This document shows, in pieces, positions 38,679 to 51,700 of a stretch of DNA of 64,000 bases. Each line of letters starts with the position of its first letter. Within the stretch, counting starts at the first letter, position 1. Under the pieces are notes generated by a model, which saw nothing but the letters and a program-made list of their open reading frames with translations, ran no database searches and was not told the origin of the DNA. A program made the position numbers and the translations under genes. Source of the DNA: Laetmonice hystrix (taxonomy: Eukaryota); NCBI GenBank assembly GCA_965235115.1, contig OZ249436.1:27590001-27654000 (forward strand). Reading direction: 5' to 3'.

Positions 38679-41454
38679 CTAGTACAGTGTTTTTTACTGT
38701 AAAATATACGGACGGGCCTTGCTAGTGTCTGAGGGGTACAGTGTATATATGTACGTACATTAATTATATAAAGAAGGGGGGAAGATTGGGGTAGAAAAAG
38801 TGTAAGAAGAGAGGCAGACTTGAAGGAAGCCCATTTATCAAGGCATAGAGTTGCCCCCACTAGAACCACCTGATCTCCCTTTGAACCGGTGCCAACTTGT
38901 TGGTTGGCAGGGTGAGGTGAGAATTCACGATGACACGGAAAGATAATGTAGAATGCTTGTCTGACAGTGTCGTTAATTATAAGGATTACGCCAAGGGGAT
39001 AGGGTCACTGAGGCACGTCAACTAGTGAAGCTTTTTTTAAAATTTAACTGGCACTTGAGGTTCACGTTTACTAAAAAGTCGATTCACTTTTTATTTTACG
39101 TGGAGGTTCTAAAGCGTTAACGATTTGACTGACTCAGACAGAGACACATTATTACAGCGGTTAGCAAATTGAGACAACATCTACATAACTAGTGCAGCTA
39201 AAGTGTCACATTTAGACAAATAGGATGAAGTGGTTAAATTGACTGTTTTGTGGGTGTCGGATGAAAATGGATGAACACACTGCAGCAAATTTCCTCATAC
39301 CTTTAGCTACATTCAGCTTTTGGGGAAATACAAGCAAGAATGGTTGTCATTGTATTTTGTTTTAAGTTTTCATCAATGAATAACATCCCATGACATCGAC
39401 ATATTTGTGAAATAAATATGCCCTGAAAGTTTCTATAATACGAGGTTTGGCCGTTTGGGCTAGTCGTGCTGGATAGATTTTAGTATCTTAGTATTTTAGT
39501 ATAGAGTTTAGTATCAGACTGGCAGTACAGTTTCAACTGATTCAGCAGAAAACGGACAGTGTGAGCGGATGATGATGCTCTTCACATTGTGATGAAGGTA
39601 GTTTGCCCCTGCCCAGCTTGCACTCGCTAAAACCGACTGGTTGAGGTTGGCCTACTATGGGCTGTTTTTGCTGCCGTTTGTGCACTGGAGGCATGAGAAA
39701 AATCGGTGTGTTTAGCTGGGTCATGTAAACCGCTATTGGCTGATGCTAAACATCTGAAGCAGAGTTTGTGGAAGCGATTGTGCACTTAAAGCATGCCCCA
39801 AGTGATTCAGACAAAAGCACTTTGGCCTTGGCTCTCCATGCTAAGTGTAAGGGAACAACAGTATTACCTGGTAGCACTGAGCCAGGTATATATGTGTAAA
39901 CAGTACAGAGAACTAAATTCCAGTACTGTGTAAAGAAGGGCGGGCGTTATACCCAAAGGACTAACTTACATTGAAGTGCTCTATTTTTATGACCATTTAT
40001 AAACGCAGTTTCCAGTGCTTTAATTGGAAACTTTGTTTGTTCCGTTGCGTAATTATAGTGTAGTTATAATTATAAAGCGATCATGTAAATGAGTCACTGC
40101 TGAGGTGTTCGCAGATAATGGTGTACCCATTGAAAGCCTCTCTGTGGGGAATACATCTTATAAATGTCTATAACTTCCATTGAACGACACCATGTGGGCG
40201 CAAATAAAATTAAACTCTTGCCAACACAATCTTGAATTAAGTATTTTTCAAAATGATGTTTGTTCCGACAGCAGTGGGTGTACCCGGTTTACACATGGGA
40301 AATCTGGAGTCTGACTGTGGTTATTATAGGCTTGTCAGCCATCCCCCTGGCCCAACCCAGACCACCCAAACTGCGGCCTAAGTACGTTTGGCTAGTGTCA
40401 TTATACAAGCACTAAATCTGTAGTAGAAACGGAACACTGGCTGTGGCATGCTGACTTGTACCAAGGGGGGTTCACAGGGGGCTGCATTTAGTGGACTGGG
40501 CAGAGTTGACGTGCTGAGGGATGTTCCTACAGATTATATAGCCTGACTGAGCAGGTCACTAACGCCTTTACAACCCAGTAATGTGAAGCTCTTTTTATAG
40601 CAACACTTTGTATGAAGAGGGAAAGAACTAGGTCGTAAATCCATGGCTCTAACGCAAGCAAGAAATAGGTTTTTTTCCCCTGTTATTTTTACAAATAGGT
40701 TATTTTATTTCTACCTGTGCCTCTTTACAGGTCTATGACTTTAGTCGGCAACATAAAACTAAACAGATTTTAAGTGACACCTCCTACCATGTTGAAGTTA
40801 TCAGTCGGCAGTGGGAGCATAAATAAATGACCAAGTTAAATAGAGATGTTATTGCAGCGATAAGGAGAGCAACTGACACTGGCCTCTGAAAAAGTGCTTT
40901 ATTTATGTAGAGTGGGGCAGGGACAGAGAGGGGCTGGCTGGCAGTGGGCTGTTCAATGTCTCTGACAGACAGAACCCCCCCCCCCCATAGCTGTGAGCTT
41001 GATCACTACCGCCCAGCCTGGCTCCGACACCGGCCGCTAGGAAGCTGTCCTTTCACAAAGAAGTCATTAACTACACACATGAAATAGGATACAGCGAACA
41101 TGGAGTCGGTGTTGACATAGGCGAGCGATGGTTCAGCGGCGGAGACCGTGGCTGACTCCCGGCCTGTTGACACATGTGTTGAAGGCATGTGAAGGCCTAG
41201 GGCCGCGCTGCCCGCTTCGCTGTTGTACATGTCAAACAGAACAGAGCACTTTCTCAGCCCATCCCCCCTGCCCCTACCCCCCTTTGTTTGTGTCTGAATT
41301 TGGGCATTGTGACTGCTGTGACAGCAGTTAGGTGATTTATTGCTGACAAACAGTTGGCCCGGCGAATCTGGAATCAGACATGAGGGTAGGCAGGGACTGC
41401 TGGGCATGTTCATCGGTAGCTGTTTCCAAGGTAACCATCAGAGACATCATGCGT

Positions 41455-41623
41455 TCACGTGATGAGATTTTCTGATTGTTTTAATGAGGCAAGAACTCGG
41501 GAGTTTGGCAGCACAAGTCAGGGAAATCTGGGCGTCGGAAATCGGCGGCCAGCTTAAAGGATTTCCATACAGAACTAGGCGATCATATTACCGCTTTGGC
41601 GCCAAATATTTGGACAAACCAAT
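41455..41623. promoter_or_regulatory. Candidate internal promoter in the intron before coding exon 2
   Basis: TCACGTGA at 41455, CGGAA at 41536, palindrome TTTGGCGCCAAA at 41595, CCAAT at 41619; CpG-rich. Confidence 0.4.
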
Positions 41624-42133
41624 GGAGATGCGAGCTTAAATTCCAAAGTTGCGACAATGCAGAAACGCAGAGATCCGGTTCTCTGACATATGTAGAGTAT
41701 TTTATCTTCCTTAAGATGAGTTTTACTACTTGAATAATTTTTCAAGATTTATGGATTATACATGTGATTTGTTCTTTTCTGATTCGTCCTCTGAAACATG
41801 CAATTCCTCATGTTAGTGCCACAACCTCCGCAGTCTCTATAGTGAGTCTCAATTCCACTTGGACTCAAATATCCGTTCGATAATTCTTGACACTCGTACG
41901 TAAAGGCGTGCTTTTAAAGATGGCTACGTTTTCCCTGAACCGGTCTGTCGTCTTATGTCATGAGAGACAGCAGCAGCAAACAAAGACATTTTGTATTTTA
42001 CAAACTTCACTCAGATTGGGGCAGGTGGAACCATTTCCTTTTAAGGTGGAAAATACAAGAAGGAGAAATATGTATGTGTGTTTTTTTCTATATCAGGACT
42101 TGAAGTTAACAATGTCTGTGGTTGTGTTTACAG

Positions 42134-42305
42134 GCCGAGACGTCGACGTCTGCGCCAGCCGTGCCAACAAGCGTGCCCCAGATGCACAGTGTCGGTGTAG
42201 AAACGTGTAGTGTTGGCACGGCCACCGACCCGGATTGCCTGGGGCCGTGCGAACCTGGGACGAGCGTTACTCTGGAAGGCATCGTCTGGCAAGAGACTGA
42301 AAATG
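42134..42305 (+). CDS. ZNF608: ZNF608/609 coding exon 2 (AETSTS...[40 protein letters not shown])
   Basis: Acceptor gtgtttacag|GCC (phase 0); donor AATG|gtgagc (phase 1); 172 nt; first half of the conserved family domain. Confidence 0.93.
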
Positions 42306-45300
42306 GTGAGCATCGCTTAGTAGAATCACCAAAAGGTTTCACTTCAAAAGAACACTGAGAGAAAGAGGTGTGAGCCGTCGAGATGCAGGATATGTAGTGG
42401 AAAAAAAGGGAGATGAAATCGTGATAAAACTTGAGTGTTATTATTCTGTGTAGAGAAAACAGTGGATTCTATTTCAGGAACATTTTATGGAACATAATGT
42501 TTGTGTATTCCTACTGGTGTGTTTCACTACGCCATAACATGAAAGGGGAAAAAGTGTTTATGTTCCAATTCACATGCTAGAGATGGTATCGGCCCACGAA
42601 AGAGATTTAGTTTCTTGATATAGTTTCAAACTCTTTGCACAGATTTTATGGTTTCTTTTATAACTGGCCCGAGCTGGCTGACGAAATGTGTGTTAAATGT
42701 GGCCAGCGGTTGCTAGGTGCACTCTGTGGTGTTATCAAGGGCGCTGTTATCAACGCCAACCATTATCACGTCGTCTTGTCTTGAGGCTCCGGGAGGCAGT
42801 CAACCGGTCAGGATACAAAGGCCCTGCTCAGAACGCCCTATCAGGGGTCAAGCCAGCGGCCGCCGGCCCCCTACTTATAAATCAAACTGGCCACGCCATT
42901 CTAAGATAGGAAGATTGATTCGGCCGATTCCCAGTACCATCCATTCCACTGACAGAGTGGCAATGAAAGGATTTGATTCTGTCTAGTTGTCCCCATATGG
43001 CTTGGCCTGGGACAAAGAAGGGTCAACATTTGTAATGGAAGCTAGTCAGAGCCAAACCATCATTTGTGATGAAAACAGTGGCAACCAGCAGAAACACAGT
43101 GAAATGTCTACCAGAAGTCATTTGTCTGGCCTTGCCGCCGGGAACAGACTCCGCACAGAGGGCTCGGAACAAATAACGCCTTGATCAATATTGTAGAAAT
43201 CATATTGCGAGAACCAAATCATCAAGAAGGCCACTCAAACGTAAATACTGGATAAATATTGAAATTGTGTTTAGCTAAAAGCATTGAAAGAGAACTACAT
43301 AACATGCTATTGAATGGGAATGAATAGTGTACACTATTTATGGCTTCTCTTTTAAACTGGAAGTGATTGCTGAGCGTCTCAGGCAGAAGGATGGGAGAAG
43401 TCTGAATGCTTGGCCAACACTAATCTGACTCCAACAGGGAGCATCTGAAGGTCAAAGCTCTGAATGTGGCTCTTGTCGTGGCTGTGTCAGGACAACGTGG
43501 TCAGGTGGTGGGGGTTGGCTGGCACGACTAATATCATTTGGCCGGAGCCGTTGGTTGGAGCGCCCCGGACCATTGGCAGTAATATGGAGCGCGTACGTTA
43601 CGACTGTGGAGGACTCCATAATGGAACAAGGGTTAGCTCTCTGAATACCCGGCGCCACACACTATCGCTAAGCAGCGACAAATGTAGCGGAATCTCCAGT
43701 AAATTGGGTAATCATTCACAGGCCTTGTAAAAGTCAATAATTAAAGATTCATGGTGTGGACAGATTGGAAACTGGATGGCGGTGCTGTGCAGCGGGTGAA
43801 CGCGCAGCAAAGGGCCTTTGGGTTCCTGATCAATACATCGTCAGCAGTGGCCAGCCCCCTGATATTGCAAGCTAGCCATCAACAATGGCCACCCCTAGAC
43901 ATTGGGCACCAGTCAGTTTCCCCAGAAATAAATATCTAGATGTTGCTTCCAGCAGTAGGACTGGTTTTGTTGCTTGGTGGCTTCATTGAGGTTTCCAATC
44001 ACTCCTCCTATTTACATCTGTCTTTATATGATTCAGACGCCATTAAAATTCTTTTTCAGATAGACATGCATATTGCTACCTACTAAGCTCAAGCAAAAAT
44101 CGTCTTAGATTGGAAGGGAAGCTGAGAGAATTTGTTTCGGGAAATAGAAATCCGTGGTTGTTGCACCCAATCACCCAGCGCGCACCACCTTTTTAGTATC
44201 TCTAGAACGAATCCAATAATATTGATCAGCTTGTGACATTGGATCTGGCTTTTAGTCGCTCGTTCGCCTCCCTCCAGCAAGCAATGGGAGATGGAGTGTT
44301 GTAATGGGTGCACTATGACTCAACTTGTCACTATAAATAACTGCTGCATTGAGGGGGGGATATCAGCCCCACTGTATCTTCTGACAACATATCTTTGGCG
44401 GACCAGGGATAGTAATGGAAATGGCATCGGCACATGGCTTTCTAAGAGGGCTCTTTTTGTGGGCTTTTATCAGCCAAGAGCAGGCAGTGCGCGGAGAGAG
44501 TTTATGGTGGCGGTCTTGGCAAGACCTTTAGCGAGTAGAGAAGGGGAGGCCAGTCGATGGTTTTAACCAATCCGTTTGGCTTTGTTTATCTGGAGAAACG
44601 AAGCGTGAAAACCCGCCTGCATCTGTTTGGCCGATCTATGGCTAGCAACACTTAGGTGGCAAATGACTTTAATTGGTTTCCTCTTCAGACATGTGCTTGT
44701 AGGATGGATGGGCAAAGTGAAACCGAACCAGAGAAAACGCGCCACCCTCTCATGTTGCCCGTTTGTAACTCTTTGATGTCCTCAAAATGGAGCCGCACAT
44801 GGTTCTTATAATGCTCCTATTGCAAAAGGGGCCCAAACCCACAGAGCAATGATAGCTTCGACTTCAAGGTTCTGGTAAAAGGGCATTTGTTATGAAAGGG
44901 TCTATGGGAAGCTAATGGTAGATGACTTGAGTGTTGAAGCATAGTCGGGAGCGAGGGGTGCAGTCTTGTAGCCATAGATTGTGTGGATCTAGTCCAGAGG
45001 CCGTGGGGTTTGGTCAGTGCGGCAGCAGCTGGCATAGGGATGGAAGGAGGGATGGTACTTTCTGCTGATGGATGGGGGTGAGGATGAGGATGAGAGAGTG
45101 CAGTAAGAAGGGGGTAGCTGTACATCAGGGTGGTGAGTCGATGGCACGCGAGTACACCCCAGCTTTATGGACACGGCCCATGGGAAGCATCAGCCACGAC
45201 TGGCGCTTTGTGAAGAGGCCCTTGGCGGCTGGCTACAAGGAATGGCAATTTACTGCGGGCGAGACCTTCTACCGCCCCCGTCTAAATGGATGTCAGGAGA

Positions 45301-48300
45301 GCAGTTGGTGCTCTCCCGCAGAAATGATAGCGATGGTAAAAATGACTGTGATCAAAATAGTGTGACTGGTGTTGGAATGTAAATTTAATAGGACCATGCT
45401 GTGTTCTGCAGAAAGACAGGCCCAAAGTTCATGCTGTAGGAAAGTAAAAAAATTCTGTCTGTTTACGCTGCTAAAAACAGAACAGCGTACCCAGGGACAC
45501 TGGCGGTTATACGGGGGGGATGAAATTGATACTGCATGAATCAACTGCAGATGTCTTTCAATGTGAATCTTGCTATTTGAAGTGATACGAGTATGATGCA
45601 TTATGCTGTAAACGTCAGTGTTAGCGCTAACGCTCTGGCTTTTTCCATCCTACAATTGACAGAGAATGAATGGACAGGAGTTTGCCACGTAATATAATGC
45701 CATACAAACGCACAGGAATAGTAAAAACGCTACATTTTAAGGGCGCATCCGTATCTCCCAATCCTTTATTCAGCAAGTCATTTAGCTTATTTCTGTCATG
45801 AAGTACAAAGCCTGACACCTTCTCTGAAACTCTTAACTGAACAGTAAATACAACGTCCTTAAAAAATGGGACAGAATGTTTATTTCATTTCAAAGAAGAA
45901 CACTGCAGAGTAACATAGCAGACATGTTGCAGAGTTCGACCTCTGTCGTTCTCAGTCGGCATATTATATCTCCAGACATCTCCCAGCCAACGTGCCCCCT
46001 TCTCCTATTCGTCCTCCTCCACGGCGTCCTCCTCCTTCTCCTCCTCACCGGCCTCCTTCCTCACAGCCACCTCCAGGGCTTTGACAGTCTTTATTCTCTA
46101 CTCGATGTGAGATGGTCTGAGCCAGTCGGGCCCGGAGTAGGCGGAGGTACGGACCCGGTCTCCACATCACAGATCCGGACTCGTCGACAGACAGCTGGCA
46201 TTGATCAGTCTCTGGCTTATGAACCAAGCACCCAGTACTGCACTCACGCATCTTTTTAAAGTGCTCGGGAAATATGTCCTCTTTGAAAGGGCTGACTGAT
46301 TGCGCTTGTGAGAACGGGCTCTGACCCCGGACTTAGACTTGATATAGAGAAACAAGCGAGAGATTTAGAGTGAGATCGAGAACTGTGACTCTGCAGCTGC
46401 TGGTTGTAATCTAGTGGTAGACTGAAAGCGTCATAGGATACATATAAAAAATGTCTTATGTTAGTTCATGTCTGTAAACGTTTTATTCATTAGACCATTC
46501 TAAGATAACTTCACTGACAGGAGTTCAACGAAATATTGACGTTAAACTGACGTTTTGCAACAGGATTCATGCTTTCTCAGCTGTGAAATACTGGCGAAGG
46601 TGATATGTATTGGCTTTACTTTGTATTTTATGAGGGGAAGCATAGAAAATGCACACTTTCATTAAACATGGCGAGTCTCATGATGTTTGCCCTAATGTAA
46701 TTAGCTAACCTGGTTACACCCACGGAGATTGGTTTTCCCGTTGACCAGTGTGGGTAAGGGCAGATGTTTTACATGGGTGGGGTTTGGCAGGCTTGTTACT
46801 CATGCCAGCGCCACCCAGCCAGTGAGGTACCGGGGCAACGCTAATCAGGGGAAGCAGTCAATCTAGATTATAAAATCGATGGCTGTTGAGGTTGTTGGTA
46901 AATGGGTTCCGTAATGATAATTGTCAGATGGGGCTGTGTGCCGTCGGTCTAGCGTGGAGCCCTCGAGATCACGCTGAGAGAGTCTGTCAATGTCCACACA
47001 AGGAGGGATCAACCCCGCACACCGCTCAGCGGCCTCCGGACGTACTGCAACATGTGACGCTCTCCTGGAGGTGTTAGGGGGGAAAATAGGCCAGGGGACT
47101 GGAGGAGTGCTGGGGCAGGCAGGCAGGCGGGTAGGCAGGCCCTGTTACATCTCAATGATTGATGGCACGTGTTGAAATCCTGCTGCAGAATCCTTGGATC
47201 CGCCTTGAACTCTTTCCTGACTCCCAGCCGGGCCGTCGAGGTCAGAAGGGGATGGTGGCATCAAATGTTGACATAACCGAGTCCTATGAATAGAGACCTT
47301 GGTTTACCGTCAATGCGGGCTGCCACATATTTTGAGCTGTCGGTTGTTTGGGAAGGGTTGATCCGGGAGGTGGGATGGGAAGCATGGCATGGCGCGGTTG
47401 GGAGTTTTATGAGATGTGAAATGTTGGGTGAAAAGATACACTGATCTCTGATCTTACCGTAGGATAAAGAGCCCCCAACTCTTGACTCCATCCCAACTAG
47501 ACAGACTTGGTGCCTTTCAGGGCCCAGCATGTGGAGGTGATTGTGGCCCAGATTAGACCTGCCTACACACCGCCTACAGAATCTGTTGGTACTCAGCGGT
47601 GGTATGGTGTGTAGCCGGCCGGTAGGGGGCAGCACGAGCCGGGGGTAGAGGTTGAGTACTGGTCGCCACGAGTGGTGCTCACAGTGAGATAGTGGTGCCG
47701 GTGGTGCTGGTGGTGGATGGGGATGGAATCAGGACCTGTTTGGGGTTGAGGCGGGGGAGACAGCGAAGGAGAAGGAAGCAGGAGCCGGCTTTGGTTACAC
47801 TTCCAGTATTGCTTACACAGTGGCAACAGAAGTTGTTATTATTATTCTAGTGTATGTGCCAAGGCAGCTTGTTGTTGTTGCTGGCATCTTTTAGACGAAG
47901 AGTTTAGCTTCCTGGGTTCGCTCACTTCATTCAAACTCGTACAGCCCTAAAGAAAGTAAAGAAAGGTGGTTTTAATTGTGGGTCTTATTTAGAGAAACCC
48001 ATAACAATTATTAAAGGAATTTGTACGTGGGATACATCAGCCTGACATTGCTATGGACTGTTGCTCTAACCAACTCTTGTGGTTTAAACCTGACCATTTC
48101 ATAGCTATTTAATGCTACATACCAGCATATATGACATGTCATTTATTATCCTGTATAATGTGAGAAGTCCTATTTGTTATTATATTACATGGCGGGAAGT
48201 AAATCGTATATCACCCTCGGGAGGGTGATAGCAAATAACGCTGTTGTCATCTCAGTGTATGTTTTATAAGTAATGGCAGTATTTACTGATACATGTATTT

Positions 48301-48444
48301 AAACATTTTACTCTACTGACAGCAGTAAAATTGCAGTGATGTGTATCGTATGATGTGCACAGTAATTAATTGTATTTTAATGATTGTATTTTCTGCACTA
48401 TACGGGTTGTTTTTCTAACCTATTTCTCCGTGTTTATCCTGTAG

Positions 48445-48532
48445 GTGTACTGGTAGTGAATGTGACGTGGCGAGGAAAAACATATGTTGGCACGCTCCTT
48501 GACGCCACAAAACATGACTGGGCCCCACCAAG
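48445..48532 (+). CDS. ZNF608: ZNF608/609 coding exon 3 ([30 protein letters not shown]); absent from the ORF track
   Basis: Acceptor tttatcctgtag|GT; donor CCAAG|gtgagc; 88 nt, phase 1 to 2; second half of the conserved domain. Confidence 0.95.
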
Positions 48533-48762
48533 GTGAGCAATGGTCTACGGAATCAAATACTTTTTGTACAGAACACACTTAGACCTAAATAGATAACAAA
48601 AGAAACGCTCAAAAAAGAATCTTCATAATGTACGTCATGTATTGACAATGAAAATAAGAGAAATACAAATTTTCCTATACAGTTACTTGAATGTTTGTCT
48701 TTCTTTGTTCTTGCTGCTTTGTAATATTCGTTGATATTCATGGAGGTTCTTTCTCTCGATAG

Positions 48763-51700
48763 GCTGAACTGTGATTCGCCGACCAGCGACGTTGACGTGC
48801 GGACACCAAAAGGACGTGGAAAACGCGGTCGGGCTGCAGCGAACAACAACGCCGAAAACTTGGACGGCGTTCGAAAACTTCGGAAAGGACGCCGGAACAA
48901 TTCGGGGACATTTACGGCTCCCCCAAGTCCGGCCAAGTCGGACAACAATGGCCCGGCTTCGGTGAAACGAAAGGGAAAGGTTGCTGACTTGGAATTAAGT
49001 ACAGATGGACCTAAGGCAAGCAAGCGTTGCCGGAGTAATTCTCGAGGCACTCCGACAGGAAGTGTTACAACCGAATCTCCTACATTGATTGAATGTCCAG
49101 AGCCCAACTGTAACAAGAAATACAAGCACATCAACGGATTGCGATATCACCAGACTCATGCGCATCAAAACAATATGTGTGGTACCGAGGATAATACCGA
49201 TGATACCAACAAGGATGTACCTAGTTCAGAGGACAGTGGACCTCAGAGTCCAGGGGTTGCCTCAACCAAAAGTGATAAATCTACACGGAGTAAGACCAAA
49301 AAGGCGGCCAGTGCTGCTGCAGCCAATAATAACAAATGCACAGACGATGGGGACGAGCCCCTTGCGAGGGCGAGTCCCCGAAAAAAAGAGGATAGTGCAG
49401 GTTCGGGAAACTCGAATAAAGTGAAAACTACACAAGGAGCGGATACGCGATCAGGGAAAGCTGACAAGAAGGACAGTGAGGTTAAGAAAGCGGACAAGCC
49501 TGCCAATGTGCCAACATCTTCAGCTGCCAGTACCAATGTGGACAGTAAATCTAATTCGTCCCAAATGTTTCAGATCTCAGGGGCTTCGATTGGCTGTTTA
49601 GCTACGACGGGGGTCATGGCACCGCCAGCCTCAGCCAATCAAATCTTTGTTAGCGCTGGTGTCGCAACAACAGCTACTACCCAAATTATTGCGGGAACAA
49701 CAGTTACAACAGTGCCAGTTGCGTTACCGACGGGTGCGACAATTGTGTCGGTTCAACAACCGATTGACGCAAAAGTTGACAGTGATAAGGGAAAAAAGGC
49801 CAAAGGTGATAAAGGGGATAAGAGTAAGGCCAAGTCTTCAGTGGCCACTAGGCCCATCATGCCCGCTCCAACAATGAATGTGGCCCATACACAATTAACT
49901 TCTGTGTCAACCCATGGACAAATATCCCCGACTAGCCCATTAACTGCTGGGTTGAAGCCTATCCAGCCTAAGCCTACAATCATGGGTGAACCTAGTCCTA
50001 ACCCAGCACTTGCGACATTAGCTAAGGAAAAGAAACCCAAGAAAAAGAAGACAAAAGACAAAGAGCAGCCTCCTGTTCCAACTAGTCATCAACAACAACA
50101 ACAACAACAACAGCAGCAGCAACAACAACAACAACATCAACAGCCGCAACAACAACAAATACAGCAGGCCAAGGGTCCTGTACACAAAGACCTAGGGTTC
50201 ATTAAACAAGAGGACGGTGGTTTGACTCCACTCAAACCTGAGTCTCGGTCTGTGATTAAGACAGTTCCCTCCCCGCTGAAACCGGCAGCGGAGGGCAGCG
50301 ACCCCCGGTTACGGGACCCAGCCAGTCTGCCCCCAGAACTCTCCAAACAGCAACCCGTGGGCAGCCAAGGGCCCCAGGCGGCCAGAGGGGACGGCAAGGG
50401 CGACTCGCCGTCAAAGTCCAGCAATGACCAGCGGCTAGCCCGGCCTCCATCCAGCCTTAGTATCAACTCACCCCTCCAGGTGAGCACGGAGAACAGGGAG
50501 CACTCGGGCGACGTCCAGAGTCCAGCCTACTCGGATATCTCGGACGAGAGCGCCCCGACCTTAGAGAACGAGACACAACCCAAACCCAAGGAGGACGGCG
50601 AGAAAAGTGGACCGCCCGACGGCAAGAATGGTGACCGGCCGCCGGAACATTCCATGGCTGCTTACGGCATGTACCATGGATATTACGGACAGCCGCCTTA
50701 TCTGATTCCTGCCGTCCCCACCAGCAGCCCCTCCCCGGCGGCGGCTGCGGCCTCGCCGGGGGCTGGGGGCGTGGGGCCTAGGCAAACCCCACCTAGCAAA
50801 CCTAGTGAGAAAGAACTGGACTTATCGAGCAAACCAGACCCCACATTACGAAAGGAGGGTGAACGGGACTCAAACAATGTAGATAAATCTAAAGATGGCA
50901 GCACGAGTAACAATAAACCAAACAGTGACGATGTGAATAAGGGTGCAAGTAGTAATAGTCAACAATTAACTGACTACCAATTGCAACAGCAAAAGCTGAT
51001 GCAACAACAACAAATGTACCAATATTACGGTGGTTACATGGACCCTAATTATGTGCGTATTATGAATGAGTATGGCAGCCAACAAGAAAAACTGCCTGAG
51101 GACCAGGATCGCAGGGGTAAAGAGGCCAACCCCGTAGAACAGTCTAAAAACAGTCCTGGTCCTAGTAAACGAACAGACTCTGAAATGACACCCAAATCAA
51201 AGAGTGAGGCGAGGCCTTCTAGTAGAAGCACCCCCAACACGCCCCACAATTCTCAGTCTCAGTCCCATTCCCAGCCATCTACTCCACAATATTCACAAAG
51301 TGCTAAGCAGTCCTCTCAGGCAGAAAGGGCCGGAGACAAAGCTACTCCCCCGACAAAACCCCCAGCATTGATCTCAGAAAAGGAGCGAAAGCTTCGCGAA
51401 ATGGAGCAGCGCGCCTCGGTGAGTGACGCCAGTTTAAAGGAGAAACAAAACGAAAACCACCAGATCCTAAAGGAGAACATAGCGCTCAAGAACCAAATGG
51501 ATATCCGGCACAACAAGCAGAGTCGCATGGAATACAACCAGCAACAGTATGACAACAACATGCTGATAGACCGACAGAGGGACGAGCTCCAGCGCTACTA
51601 CCTCTACCAAGAGCAGCAGCAGCGTATGCTCGAGCAGCACCGTATCGAGGAGGAGCGGCGCAGGTACTTTGAGCACTATGGTAAGGATGCACACCCTCCT

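Noticed and set aside
45990-46080. (TCC)n-rich tract giving poly-Leu, poly-Ser or acidic translations
   Set aside because: Low-complexity intronic DNA; frames are bounded by stops and lack splice support.
48731-48762. N-terminal extension of the 1269-aa ORF, including ATG 48740
   Set aside because: Lies in the pyrimidine tract and acceptor of a 230-bp intron; the phase-matched splice to exon 48445-48532 restores the conserved HDWAPPR sequence.
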